Origin: Phoronis australis
Lineage: Eukaryota; Animalia; Phoronida
Assembly (NCBI GenBank): GCA_002633005.1
Contig: NMRA01000077.1
Location: 682,001 to 746,000, forward strand
Length of the DNA stretch: 64,000 bases
Direction: 5' to 3'
The translations under genes were made by a program, and so were the position numbers. This document shows, piece by piece, positions 12,233 to 25,209 of the stretch. Within the stretch, counting starts at the first letter, position 1, and each line of letters opens with the position of its first letter. Under the pieces are notes generated by a model, which had not been told where the DNA came from, did no database searches, and was given only the letters and a program-made list of their open reading frames with translations.

Positions 12233-13434
12233 AGATAAGATGGCCTCTGTTTCATAACAAGGCCAGTCAGAGCTCATCTCACTTGAGGGGGATGGCATTG
12301 GTTTAGTCATGAATATCACATAATGTTGTGAAACCTGCAACAATACACGGAGTGAACATGCCCTTTAAACATGTCCTGAATAATTCGCTTATAAGGAAAA
12401 CGCCCATTTATGATCATCTTATGTCCCGAATATTAGATAAATGATACGTGCGTCGCAAGCTCGTTACCAAAAATGAAAAGGAGACGGAGGTAGGCGATAA
12501 AAGGTCATTTATTATGACTAATACAATTACAAGTAAATATAATGAATACAGATAAGTAACATAAAAATGATAATCTCTGGTAAGATGAGCAATAAAAAAG
12601 CGCCAGCCACGTGGAAGTACGAGAGAATGACGAAAACTGGGAGGTAGAAGGTGGGAAAGTTTAATAAGTTTTGGAACGTACAACAATGTGGCCTGAACAA
12701 AGGTGAACTAACAACGAGGTTACAATAACACGTGACAATCATCAGCCTATGAGAGCCAAGACCAGACCAAACTCGAGGCACATGATAACAACAGACCAAT
12801 ACCAAGGCTGGGAAATGACATATAGTCCTACACAAGGGAATAATGGAATAGACCGAAATGAGGGGGAAAAGGAGTAAGATGGGTCCATTTGCTCGCATAA
12901 ATATATTTAACGAGTGAAGTGCATCGATATTTAAAAATCAAAAGACCATGCTATGTTGTTTTTTCCAGCTGAACACCCCCAAACTGTTTATTATTTAGGA
13001 AACTTAATTCTGGTTTATGCATTTTGAAAATTCACTAGTATATATGGCAGAGATCATGTTTACTGCAGTTTATGGCTGGGTACTTACACTTAATTGGATC
13101 TTGCTCCAACTGGACAATGTGGTCATTACCACTGTTGTCTGATTCTGGCGCCTCGCTCTCTTTGATACAGGTTACAGCTGCTCAGAATAAGGTTGAGCGC
13201 TATCGTGAAAATTCCTTACATATCTTTAGAAGGGCGTTTTCCTTGTAAGCGAATTATTTACAGCTTGTTGTGATAAGGAATTTTGTTTAAAGGGGATGTT
13301 CACAAGATGCTGTGTTGTATCTATGTATTGTTGCAGGTTTCACAACACTATGTGATATCCATGACTAAACCAATGCCATCCCCCTCAGGTGTGATGAGCT
13401 GTGACTTGCCTTGTAATGAAACAGAGGCCATCTA
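12233..13434. mobile_element. MULE-like fold-back element with nested TIR MITE (~12378-13262)
   Basis: Outer IR arms ~12239-12372 / 13280-13431; 9-bp direct repeat ttcatgggg at 12224-12232 and 13435-13443; inner TIR aataattcgcttataaggaaaacgccc / gggcgttttccttgtaagcgaattatt. Confidence 0.65.
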
Positions 13435-14836
13435 TTCATGGGGCTGTTCTGGATTATACAGCGACAGAACTCTCCTTTGTCCTGGAGATAAAGTGCGTGA
13501 CCATGTTTTGGAAATCAGGCACATTTTTGAGTCTCTCATTGATGTTGGGAAGGTGAAGAATTTCACATCTCACATCCATGGGTATCATCATGTGGTATCA
13601 TCTCCTTAGAAGTCGACTTGAAATGACCCGCCATTCTGCTCTGCTCTTTGCCTTTCTGGTACATTTTTGCAGTGATAGATTCATCCAGTCCTTGATGTCC
13701 AGCCACATTCCATGGGTATATGTCCAGCTTATCAAACTTTCTCTAGGAGTTGTAGCCGGCAGCACAGCAGTAATACTTCATTGGCATTAGAAGGAAGAAT
13801 AGAGTATTGCAGCCGAGAAAAACTTAATTGTAAAGAACCAGACAACAACAAATAACGTGAAACTTGAGTGGCACGAAAACAAAGTGGCAAATGTGTCTGA
13901 CAAATGTTTCCGGCATTACATCGAGATTCGAGTGTCGCTTTGTAATCCGGGACAGCCCTATTTAGCCATCTTGTCCTGGTCTTTAATGAAGCAACTTTGG
14001 TTGATCACAATTCATCACAAAAGTTTTCTATTATATGTATTCATAGTTGCAATCAATTTCTATGAATTCATACACATTGCGTGCTATGATATAAATGGTT
14101 GATAAAAAGTCATATTTAATGGTTGATATAGTTTAGCATGCAATATTTTTCGTCAAAATCGTGATAATGATTTCTTGTCACTGAGCAGTGATTAATGATC
14201 AACAGAGGTTTTCCATAAATGATGTTATGAATGATGATCATACTAATATTAAGCCTGATGATCATTTATTATCAGCTTGACCTGAATTCTTATTAACCAA
14301 GGGGGTTGTACCATGGATTATATTGTGTTATGAGTCCTTGTGGGATCTGCTAATACCTGATATCTCCTAATATCTGAAATGACCATCAGTAGTGGATATG
14401 TAGTCAATGAGAATAACGTATTAGCTGTGTGGCTCTTTAAAAGCCGTTGAGAGCTGGCAGCATCAATTAGGCCAATGATGACATCACTGAGGATGAACTC
14501 CTTGATGGTGGCCAATAGTATTGTTTTTGAATGAAACAAACCTGTAGTGTTGACATTTAATTACCCTAGCTGTCTGCCTCTCACCAAAAGAATGGTCTGA
14601 CTGATGTGTTTTAACTGCTGCTGTATTCACCACATAAGCACTGTGTTGTAGCTCTAATAGGCAGTGCCTGACAACTTATTATTTTGATTAACTGTCTATC
14701 ATGTTGATAAACTTATAAACACTTCACTGTTAATTCTTTTGCAATCACCTGTGGGCTACCTCAGTGATCAGCACTCGACTTGTCCATTCTTCAGTTCTGT
14801 TTCACAAAAAGACAAGTTGGGATGTTCCGTACCTGA

Positions 14837-15367
<531 letters not shown>

Positions 15368-15464
15368 TGACATTGCCGTAAATGTGATGATCCTGTGCCT
15401 ATGACTGTATTGTCCTAAATGTGGTATGGAGATTTTTTAGGGGCTAAACATATGATATTGAAAT

Positions 15465-17392
15465 GTAACTCTTCACTCATTCAAGAAAGTTCGCAATCAG
15501 ACAAATTTAACCTGTTCAGCTGGACTGCATAATAGTAAAAAAGTCCCTAAGCTCTTGTGAGTGTCCCGCTCCCTTCTAGAAGACTAGTTGGACTGGGGTG
15601 ACACGTGGAGCCTCCCGCTGTTTTCTCGCGACTCTCCACAGTACCATTCCAAGCGGTGTACAAGGCGAACCTGTCACCTCCGTGTCTATTACTAAGTGAT
15701 GGATTAGAAACCTTAATGAAGATGGCCTCCTTGATGCTTCTTTCAAACCAGTTCTTGTCTCCACTCAAAATTTCAATAGGATTTCCAAGTGAGTTCCAAT
15801 AGGATTTCTATAGGATTTCCTGTAGGAAATCCTATAGAAATGCTATTGGAATTCAAATGGATTTTGGCCCAATATCTTATAGGATCCCATAGGAAATCCT
15901 ATAGGATTTTCTGTTGGATCCTATAGGATTTCCTATTAGATCCTATAGGAAATTCAATAGGATCCTATTGGATTTCCTATAGGATCCATTAGGAAATCCT
16001 ATAGGATGGGATGTTCAATAGTATCCTATAGGAAGTCCAATAGGATTCTATGGGATGTTTTACAGGAAGTTTAATACAATCTTATAGAAACTATAAAAAA
16101 TACGTTTTGAATTATATAGAATTTCCAACTGGAGTTGCTATAGGTTTCTAAAAGTACTAAGCATATTTAACATGGAATAATGTACAACATAGACAATATT
16201 AAGTGTCATCTGAAAAAGAATTTTTTGTCGCTGGAATCAGCAGAGTTGATATATAACTGGTGGGAAAGCCTTTCAAAATATTCTGAGAGTGTTCTATAGG
16301 ATTTTCAATAGGATTCTATAAGAAGTTCAGTACGATGCCGTAGGAAGGTAAATACGTTTGTATAGGAAGTTCAACAGGATTCTATAGGCTCAATCAGAAG
16401 TAATCTATGGAAAATTCAATAGGATCTTATAGAATACTCCATAGACTATTCTTCTGGATCCTTTAAAATTTCCTATTGGAATTGCTTTACGTTCCAAAAT
16501 GTGCTTTTTATGCAAAACAATGTATGTCATAGATAATATTAAGTCTAATTTTTAAAGGAAATTATTTCTTGCAATGAAATGAGTACAACTAGTTTTTGAT
16601 TTAATATAGGAAATACCAAAATGACGAAGCAATTAACATTTAAAGACTCGCCTGAATATTAAAATTTGCAGAAGTTAATGACTGAAGAGTTGAAAGTAGA
16701 TAAAAACAAACCGATATCTTACTATATACTCTTAGGCTGTTTGTTTGTTAAAATGTTTAGCACTCAGATTTCTGAAAAATTTCCTATACGATTTTTTCTA
16801 TAGGAATTCCTATAGGAACTCTTGATCCTATAGGAATCCTGTAGGAAATCAATATTCCTATAGGATTCTTATAGGAATATTTCATATGGGTTATCTAACT
16901 TGTGACCATTCGCATGTAAGTGTCTGTGCACCACCGATGAAACACTGTCTCCTGCGTTCCTGCGGTGTTTGTACAACTTTGTCTGTAGGGGTTGTTGAGT
17001 TTCTCTGATATACTGCTTGGTACATTGCCACCTTCACAATGAATGTGATAAACTACCCCACTATGATGTTCTCTTTAATAGTTTGTCCTTGTACTAACAA
17101 ATGCTGCAGAATATTACACGGAGGAAGAGCAACATTGATCCCATAATCAGACGCAATGCACTGATTGAATCTAAGATGATTCCTGTGGTCCAGACACTTT
17201 TTCATAATCCCTCACTAATTTGACGCTCTCACTGTCAAAATCCTGACGTGTCTTGAAACATAACTCTTCACCCATCCAGGAAAGTTCATAATAAGACAAA
17301 TTAAACCTGTTCCAACCATTCCTCTAAAAGTGAGTGGGATGCTTACGAGAGTTTAGTGGTTTTTTAGTATGTTATTGTCCTGTTGAACAGGT
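15465..17392 (-). mobile_element. Penelope-like retroelement relic (GIY-YIG endonuclease) split by a MITE
   Basis: GVVYHIHC..YI(R)ETQQPL...HRHLHANGH at ~16895-17062 and EILSGDKNWFERSIKEAIFI...PSLSNRHGG at ~15650-15775; terminal segment repeated directly at 17260-17312 and inverted at 17330-17392. Confidence 0.75.
15775..16890. mobile_element. MITE rich in palindromic CCTATAGG subterminal repeats
   Basis: Many CCTATAGG/CCTATTGG units at both ends; interrupts the GIY-YIG frame. Confidence 0.7.
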
Positions 17393-17766
17393 GTAATATG
17401 TCAGATTAAAAACATAAAATCCTACACAATTAGATTGGCATGTATACTGATTAGTAATAGTTTTAGTGGTAGTAGTAGTAGTAGTGGTATTGGTAGTAGC
17501 AATTTATTGTCAAATACATGCAAACAGGTAAACATGTACAACCCTACCAAAGTACACGATTAGTGTGCATTAAACAAGAAAGGAAAAATTGGATCCTCAT
17601 CTAAAACAGTAGCCCTTACTAATTTTTTTATAAATTCATAGCAATATTTCGGAATATCATCAAGGTGCTCCAGATGCAGATCACTCAATAGTGATCAGTT
17701 GTGTAATTGTTGAAACAGCTATAAACTGAGATCAATGTCTGTTTGCACAAAACAGTCCTAACAGGG

Positions 17767-18369
17767 ACTGAGCTGTGGTCTCTAGTGCACTTGTGGACTC
17801 AGCTGTGGTCTCTAGTGCACCTGTGGACTCAGCTGTGGTCTCTAGTGCACTTGTGGACTCAGCTGTGGTCTCTGGTGCACTTGTGGACTCAGCTGTGGTC
17901 TCTGGTGCACTTGTGGACTCAGCTGTGGTCTCTGGTGCACTTGTGGACTCAGCTGTGGTCTGTAGTGCACTTGTGCACTCAGCTGTGGTCTCTAGTGCAC
18001 TTGTGCACTCAGCTGTGGTCTCTGGTGCACTTGTGCACTCAGCTGTGGTCTCTAGTGCACTTGTGCACTCAGCTGTGGTCTCTAGTGCACTTTTGCACTC
18101 AGCTGTGGTCTCTAGTGCACTTTTGCACTCAGCTGTGGTCTCTAGTGCACTTTTGCACTCAGCTGTGGTCTCTAGTGCACTTGTGGACTCAGCTGTGGTC
18201 TCTAGTGCACTTTTGCACTCAGCTGTGGTCTCTAGTGCACTTTTGCACTCAGCTGTGGTCTCTAGTGCACTTGTGCACTCAGCTGTGGTCTCTAGTGCAC
18301 TTGTGCACTCAGCTGTGGTCTCTAGTGCACTTTTGCACTCAGCTGTGGTGTCTAGTGCACTTGTGCACT
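17767..18369. repeat. 30-bp minisatellite, ~20 copies
   Basis: tcagctgtggtctctagtgcacttgtggac repeated; explains three overlapping repetitive ORFs. Confidence 0.97.
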
Positions 18370-18981
18370 TTAAGCAAACACTGAATTTCCTTTCTTCTGC
18401 TACTTCATCTGCATCAAATTTTAGCTTTGCTACCAAGAGTAAAACATACATTGAGTTTTTAATTTTATTGAAAATAAATAGGGACCTTTTCATACAATGC
18501 CCTGAATTTAAGGGTTTAATCAGAAATATTATTAGAATGTGCCATAAATAAATAGAGCTAACAGTAAAGTGATAGAATTGTATAACTAGTGAACGTAACA
18601 AAGTGTGCAAGAGTGCTACTTCATGCACCTAATGTAACTGATACACTTCGTTAGTTGACAAATAATACATGCAGTTCCATCTAAATGGTAACACATGGAC
18701 AAAACTGTAATTGACAGGTCAGTCTGCTCCACCATTTGGAAAGGGACAAACTTCATCGTTTATTTTCTGGGATGTCAGTACTGTACATCCACCACTGATT
18801 GAAATAAGAGGCAAGCGTGTAGCAAATTTACCTTAGGTTACTAGGACTGTTAACTTCTGTAGCTGATAAGAGGCTGTTTATAGACAATACTTGATTGTTT
18901 TTGTTGGTTCATATGCGTCACGGAATCCCTGTTTAGCATTGCAATAAAACTAACTTCCTTCTGCTCCACTGACCATTGCAG

Positions 18982-19069
18982 GTTCTGAAGGGATTCCCGG
19001 AATGTCTACAGGCCGATATATGTCTTCATTTAAACAGAAATTTACTCAACAATTGTCCAGCATTTAAAG
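18982..19069 (+). CDS. KCNH2: ERG channel exon, C-linker (not in ORF track)
   Basis: ttgcag|GTT acceptor, G|gtaagt donor; [29 protein letters not shown]. Confidence 0.96.
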
Positions 19070-19379
19070 GTAAGTCCCTGGCAACACCAGCAACTTTGTT
19101 AATGGTTGATTAAATGTTTGATACTCAGATAAAACATTCAAAGGTGAATTAAACTTTCTTCTTTGCGACTGTTGCCTGCTTTCCATTTTTAAGACAGCAG
19201 TTGCTTTATGAACAACAAATTTCGACATATGTGGTCAGACGGCTTATTTTAAAGAACAGCATAATTATTCAGGAAATAGTTTCTATTAAAAGTTTTATAA
19301 TAAGCTTACACATAGCTTTATTGCACCACTTCATTAGTGACATGCTGTGTCTGGTCAAGTCTGGAAACTTTTTTTGTAG

Positions 19380-19544
19380 GCGCCAGCCCTGGCTGTTTAC
19401 GTGCCCTCTCCATGAAGTTCAAAACTACACATGTGCCCCCTGGTGACACGCTAGTACATCGAGGAGATGTGCTGAATGCTCTCTATTTTGTATCTCGAGG
19501 ATCTATAGAAATATTGAAAGATGATGTAGTTATGGCCATATTAG
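19380..19544 (+). CDS. KCNH2: ERG channel exon, CNBHD first half
   Basis: tttgtag|GC acceptor, G|gtaaga donor; [56 protein letters not shown]. Confidence 0.96.
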
Positions 19545-19640
19545 GTAAGACAAATACAATGTCCACATGTGATTCAATTAGACGGCAGGTTGGCTATCGC
19601 TGTCTGAAAAAAATGTTGTCCCACATCAGACGACAGGGCT

Positions 19641-19855
19641 GCTTTCTTACCATGAGAATCATACGGATGGTCTGAAGTGTGGTTGCTTTCTTACCATGAG
19701 AATCATACGGATGGTCTGAAGTGTGGTTGCTTTCTTACCATGAGAATCATACGGATGGTCTGAAGTGTGGTTGCTTTCTTACCATGAGAATCATACGGAT
19801 GGTCTGACGTGTGGTTGCTTTCTTACCATGAGAATCACACGGATGGTCTGAAGTG
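19641..19855. repeat. 44-bp minisatellite, ~5 copies
   Basis: gctttcttaccatgagaatcatacggatggtctgaagtgtggtt. Confidence 0.95.
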
Positions 19856-20586
19856 TTGTTAGGCTCCGCCCACTCTTGCTGGTCACACATGATTGGCCAG
19901 CATATTTAGCATTTTGCGTATTACTTGTAAGACAGCTGATAGAATACTGTTGTGAACGCTACCTTTAAGGTTCTGGTCTGTCACCTGATTAGACATATTA
20001 TCTGCTTAAAATTTCTTCTATGATTGTGCTACATGATTCTTTGTTTGTACAAGGAAATGAGGCCATAATATGATTCAATATTTTGACTAAATATGTATTC
20101 GGTTTGCTTAGTTTTTGAATATGCATATTTAGGAGTTAAGATTTTGCTAGAAAATGTGTGTGTTCATGTTATTATTTCATCTTTGAGACGTGTGAAGATT
20201 CTTGGTCCTGGATTTTTTAAATTTACTTAGTTTGCACAAGTACAAGTAAAGTACAAGACTAGCAGAACATAACACAAATGAAATTGAAGTATGACAAAAT
20301 AAAGTAGAAGCAGGGATAATGAATAATATATTAAGAAGTATTGGAGTTATTTAGATTAAGGTCAATTTTATCCTGAGAGATAGGTAAAGTTTCTTGGGCC
20401 TGGATTTTAACAGACTCTGAAAAAAACTTTTACGAAATTGTTATTTAATTACATTAAATTTAATTTAGTCCATTGTTGCAATTCTTTTACTGCCAATTTA
20501 GAAATGTTACAGAAGTCTAAAGTGTAGCTGTTTATGGCTATATAACTATATAATGGGATGATTGGTTTTCTCTGTTGTTTATTCAG

Positions 20587-20780
20587 GAAAAGACGATGTG
20601 TTTGGGGAGAACATTTGCAAACATGAGACAGTTGGCAAGTCAAGCTGCAATGTTCGGGCGTTGACCTACTGCGACCTTCACAAGATTCACCGAGACGATC
20701 TGATGGAGATTCTAGATATGTACCCCGAATTTGCCCAGCACTTCGTCAAGAACCTTGAGATCACCTTTGACCTCCGTGAT
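20587..20780 (+). CDS. KCNH2: ERG channel exon, CNBHD second half with intrinsic-ligand motif
   Basis: attcag|GA acceptor, GAT|gttagt donor; KDDVFGE...[44 protein letters not shown]. Confidence 0.96.
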
Positions 20781-20986
20781 GTTAGTACGAAAAATAATTT
20801 AGTAATGTCATTATAAGTGGTCTTGTTGGAATTGCTCGTTGGCTGCAATGTCACATTTTGTCTCAAAACAAAACCACAAGTTATGCCATGTCTCTGTGAC
20901 CTGAGGGGACAACAAGGCATTCAAGCTTTTAGTGGCCAACTTCCCAGTAAAATGTTGTCTAGAGTATGGAGTTTTGTGCTGTTGGC

Positions 20987-21143
20987 TAATAAAATTATTG
21001 GCTTTCACTGTGGTCAATATGTTGGTTTTCAGACTCCAAAAATGTGAAAATGACCAGGGGGGGCGAGGTCATTTTTACATTTTTGGAGTCTGAAAACCAA
21101 CATATTGACTGATTGTGAAAGTCAACATTCAAGTGTTTTATTA
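20987..21143. repeat. Long fold-back hairpin (~60 bp stem, 11-nt G-rich loop)
   Basis: gtcaatatgttggttttcagactccaaaatgtgaaaatgacc-agggggggcga-ggtcatttttacatttttggagtctgaaaaccaacatattgac. Confidence 0.9.
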
Positions 21144-22631
21144 CATGGTTATGTCCGCTAAGTAATTCATGGTAGGAGGCTATGTTTTGGGTTTTTGATC
21201 ATATGTCAATCACTCATTTATTCAATCAGCTTCCATTTTTACCCAAAATGTTTTGGAAAGATTTTGAAAAAAATTGAAGGAGATGGTCAGATTGTAAAAA
21301 AGAAACAATCGTTTATAGCTTGGAAATATTTCATGTTTTGGCGTCATGCAACAGTCACTTTTAATTCAAAATCATCGACTATGCCATTTGGTCATATCAA
21401 TGCAGTTGCAAGCTGGGTGTTGGCAAGCTCAGTTTGCACGCGTTTCAGTCCACAGAAATGGTGGTCGCAACTGCCATGCCATGACGTTGATATTCACTTG
21501 GTGGTTTATATTTTACGGTTATTTAAAAACAAATGTCATATCAGAATCCGGATTAGTTCAGTGATGTGCTGGTGGCACAGTGGTAAATTCAAGGCTTGCA
21601 AAATAAGAGAGACTGGATTCAAATCTCTATGAAGTAGTTACAAGAAAAAATGTTAAACGGTATTACCATAGTGGCGTGCAACATTCCGATTTATTGACTT
21701 CATGATACTGGTTTATAACCCCATAATCTCTCCTAATCGTGTAGTAATTCCAATTATTTCGGGAAAAGTTATCCATTCCTGAAAAGGTGTCCTCAAATTC
21801 CTGCTTTGGTTATTCTTGACTACATTGTTATGTCAATACTGGGTTATTCTTTGTGAGTTGTCAAGAGTGTGATCACTGTATTCTTATTTGTTGTCATTAG
21901 ACTCACTAATTGTCAAGTCTCTAGTTAGTATAAAGTTTTGTAAGCTTATCTGTCTTCCAGAGTTTCTAGCTGTTGTCACAACCGTGTGAGGGCACTTTGA
22001 ACAATGCTTGTCATTTGCAAATGAGATCATATGCTTTGCTGTAATGCTTAGCGATATCTTGCCAAACTTTTGGAACCCATTCAGCTTGTTTGAAGAACTG
22101 CAACGTGAAGGTCCTTACATTGTTGTTATAAAGCTTTTGTCTTCCATTTTTTTTGTTAATAAGCACTTCATGTAAGATCCTGTCAGTTTTTGGTACTCTC
22201 CTCTAGAATTGCGAGAACTAAGCGTTTGTCTGTTTCAGTGGATGGGACTTGATGAAATAGTGGAGTGGTTTCATTGTTGTGATAGTGTGAACAGCAAGAG
22301 ACAGGAGTTATGTATGTATGGGAGACTTGAAGTGGAAGGGAAGTGATTTGGAATGAATGTGGGTTAGTCAGTTGAAGAGAGGGTGTTGTTTGAGAAAGGG
22401 AGTGGTTTGGCACATTGGAGGTGGTTAAAGTCTAACTTTTCAGTGCTGTCTTGATGACATTTAGTCCACTGAGGAAGATGAATGAGGAAGAGATGTTGAA
22501 TGATGAGTTATATGGCTGGAATCTGTGTGAGACTGGTCACTTGCAACTGTGTCTTAGACAATGGTTCATTACACACTCTATCTGTTGTCAGCCCACTGTA
22601 CTAACCATCGTATTATTGTTGTCTGTTGTAG

Positions 22632-22643
22632 GAACTACTTACG
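22632..22643 (+). CDS. KCNH2: Probable 12-nt microexon (ELLT) of the ERG channel
   Basis: TACTAAC branch point 22599-22605, tgttgtag|GAACTACTTACG|gtaagc; phase 0/0 matches flanking exons. Confidence 0.65.
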
Positions 22644-24667
22644 GTAAGCACTAACCCCGCCCTCACACAGTACGCCTGTTTGCTGGCTGCAGAAATAAGC
22701 TTGTGCATGCTTGACCTCATATAGGGCTGGTGCATCTTGAAGGCATTTAGTGGTGGTTGAATAGAACTGACTGAAATAACCTAATGGGCGTCTGCAATCT
22801 TTCCACTACGTCACAGTGCAATTGTTATATTAAAATATATGAACAGAATAGATCACAAAGTTTTCGAATAGCAAACAATATTTCCTCATGAAATCATTGT
22901 GATGAAGGTAGTACTGTTGTTGCATTTAGAAGTTTTCTCCTTGCATGTGGTTAATGCATTACACCCGAGGTCATAGTGACACCTGGTATTAAAATTAAAG
23001 CAATGAATAGCGGGCTTCAACAAGTTGTAACTTAAGCAAGTAACTCATGTCTGTTCACATGTTTGTGGGCTCACATATACATACTCTGGTGCACATTACA
23101 GTCACTCTGTCTATCCACCATTTGGCGTCTGGTTTTCTATTGCACAAACTGCTCGATGGATGTTCTTCAAATTTTACAGTCATGTTCCTATCAATGGTAT
23201 GGCGCGCAACAGTTTTTACAGCGGATCCGATCACTGATATGCCTTGTAGTGGCTGCTTATTTTTCTGCCTGCCTCTATATTGACCAAGTTTCTTCATTCC
23301 AGACTCAGCTATTCAGAATTCAGAAGGAGTAATAAAACAATTATCTTCTCAGCCAGGACATAATTTTTTTGTTAAGCTGTGTTTAGTTACACAGTCCAAC
23401 TGGGGCAGTTGTATGACAGAGCAGGGTTTGCAAAGAATTGCTTTCACTGACCTTGCATGTCAATTTCAAAAGGCTTATAGTGTGAACGACAAGCCCAAAT
23501 TGTTGACAGAATTTCATGAATTTTTATCAAGAAAGGGGTGGCACCTGTTTTCACATGGATCCAACCTGTGCTGCACCCTCTAGAAGCATATTTCAGTGTT
23601 TGTGTTTTGGCATCTGCCTCTCTCCCCACCACAACGCTCAAAGAAGTGACATAAAATTTGGCAAGTTTGTTCCAATTGAGGACTGGGAGCCTGACCTTGA
23701 TTTTCCGACGAATGCCAACTACTATGGCGCCCCTAGTGGAATATTTAGTTTTCTTTGCGTGTGCTTCAATATCTATCAAGTTTCCCAATGAAATTTCATT
23801 AAATGTGGCAAACGTCTTTCTATCATGAAGAAAACATCATTTCCCACTTTTAGACTAATTTATCCTACCTTTACTGCAGCCCCCAGCAGTGAAAGGGTTT
23901 GAATAGTTTAAAATTTGTTCCGTTTTTGGGACTCTCCTCTGTTCGGCTAGCTGCTTGGAAGATTGTCATAAAATTTTATAGATATGTTCGTTTGAGGACT
24001 GCATTGCTAAAGCGGCCACATTAAAAGTGGCCATTCAGAATTATGATATCCCTTCTTTGCTGCTTGCGATGTACATGATGAGCACATGTCAACACTTTGC
24101 ATTGCTCTTGTTCAGTGTTGCCAGCTTATACTAAGAACACTGGTTCAATTTGCTAACTTGCTTGTTGTTAACACTAATGTTTTTTACTGCGACTTCACTA
24201 TGAAATGTTCTTCTATGTACAACTCACTGCTTGCACCCCCTTGCACCTCACAGTCTAAGTGGTCCCAGTTGCTTAGTGTACTGAGGCAGGAGGGTGTATT
24301 AGGACCTCGCAGGGTAGGTCGTGTGTGTTTTTGCCTTGGAACACCCAGTAAATTGCTGGTGATGTATGGGTTTTGATAGCAGCTACACTGGAAATAGCTG
24401 CCCTATTGTTTTTTAGCCTTTGTTAAGAGTGACCTCTATATCAGTTGTTTGACTGTGGTGATAATCTGTTTATTATATGTGCCTGATTTTCAGTGTGTTG
24501 ATGTGACATAGTTATTAGGCATAGTATGGTTAGCCACGATATTTTTTATGCGCCCACATATACGTGGATGAATATTGTGTCCAGGTGTTCGCCCATCTGG
24601 TTGCATGACTTCTGCTGCTTTTTTGCCTAAGCCCCTGGCAGGATCTTAATGACATTTGACAGATGGC

Positions 24668-24823
24668 TTCCTATGAAGCTGATGGCAGATGACTTCCTAT
24701 GAAGCTGATGGCAGATGACTTCCTATGAAGCTGATGGCAGATGACTTCCTATGAAGCTGATGGCAGATGACTTCCTATGAAGCTGATGGCAGATGACTTC
24801 CTATGAAGCTGATGGCAGATGAC
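24668..24823. repeat. 26-bp minisatellite, 6 copies
   Basis: ttcctatgaagctgatggcagatgac. Confidence 0.95.
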
Positions 24824-25209
24824 AACTATTGTTTGGACCACTGCTTTACCCTTAGCGGCAACTTTAGTTTTCATGTTTGCCTGTGCATATCTTCAATGTT
24901 TCAATGGGCCTTCTCATTTTCGGACGGATTTTGCTTCATCTGGTTGCCATTTTTATTATTTTTAGTCCATTTTGGCATTTGCCTCAATCGGCCAAATTGC
25001 TGGAAGGATCAATATGAAAATTAGCACATGTGTTCCTGCTGAGACTACGGGTGACGTTGGTTTTCACACAAGCCTGACTGTTGCAACATCCCCTAGGAGC
25101 CTCTTTGTGAAATTACGGAAGTGTTTTCCTTATCAAAGAGATGTGTGTCCAGTTGTAAGAGTACTGTCAAATTAAAAACTTCAGGTCAAAAAATAACTTA
25201 TTGAAGGGA

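Noticed and set aside
17732-18628. Three long overlapping ORFs (298, 213, 258 aa) with 10-aa repeats
   Set aside because: Products of a stop-free 30-bp intronic minisatellite; open on both strands, with no splice or homology support
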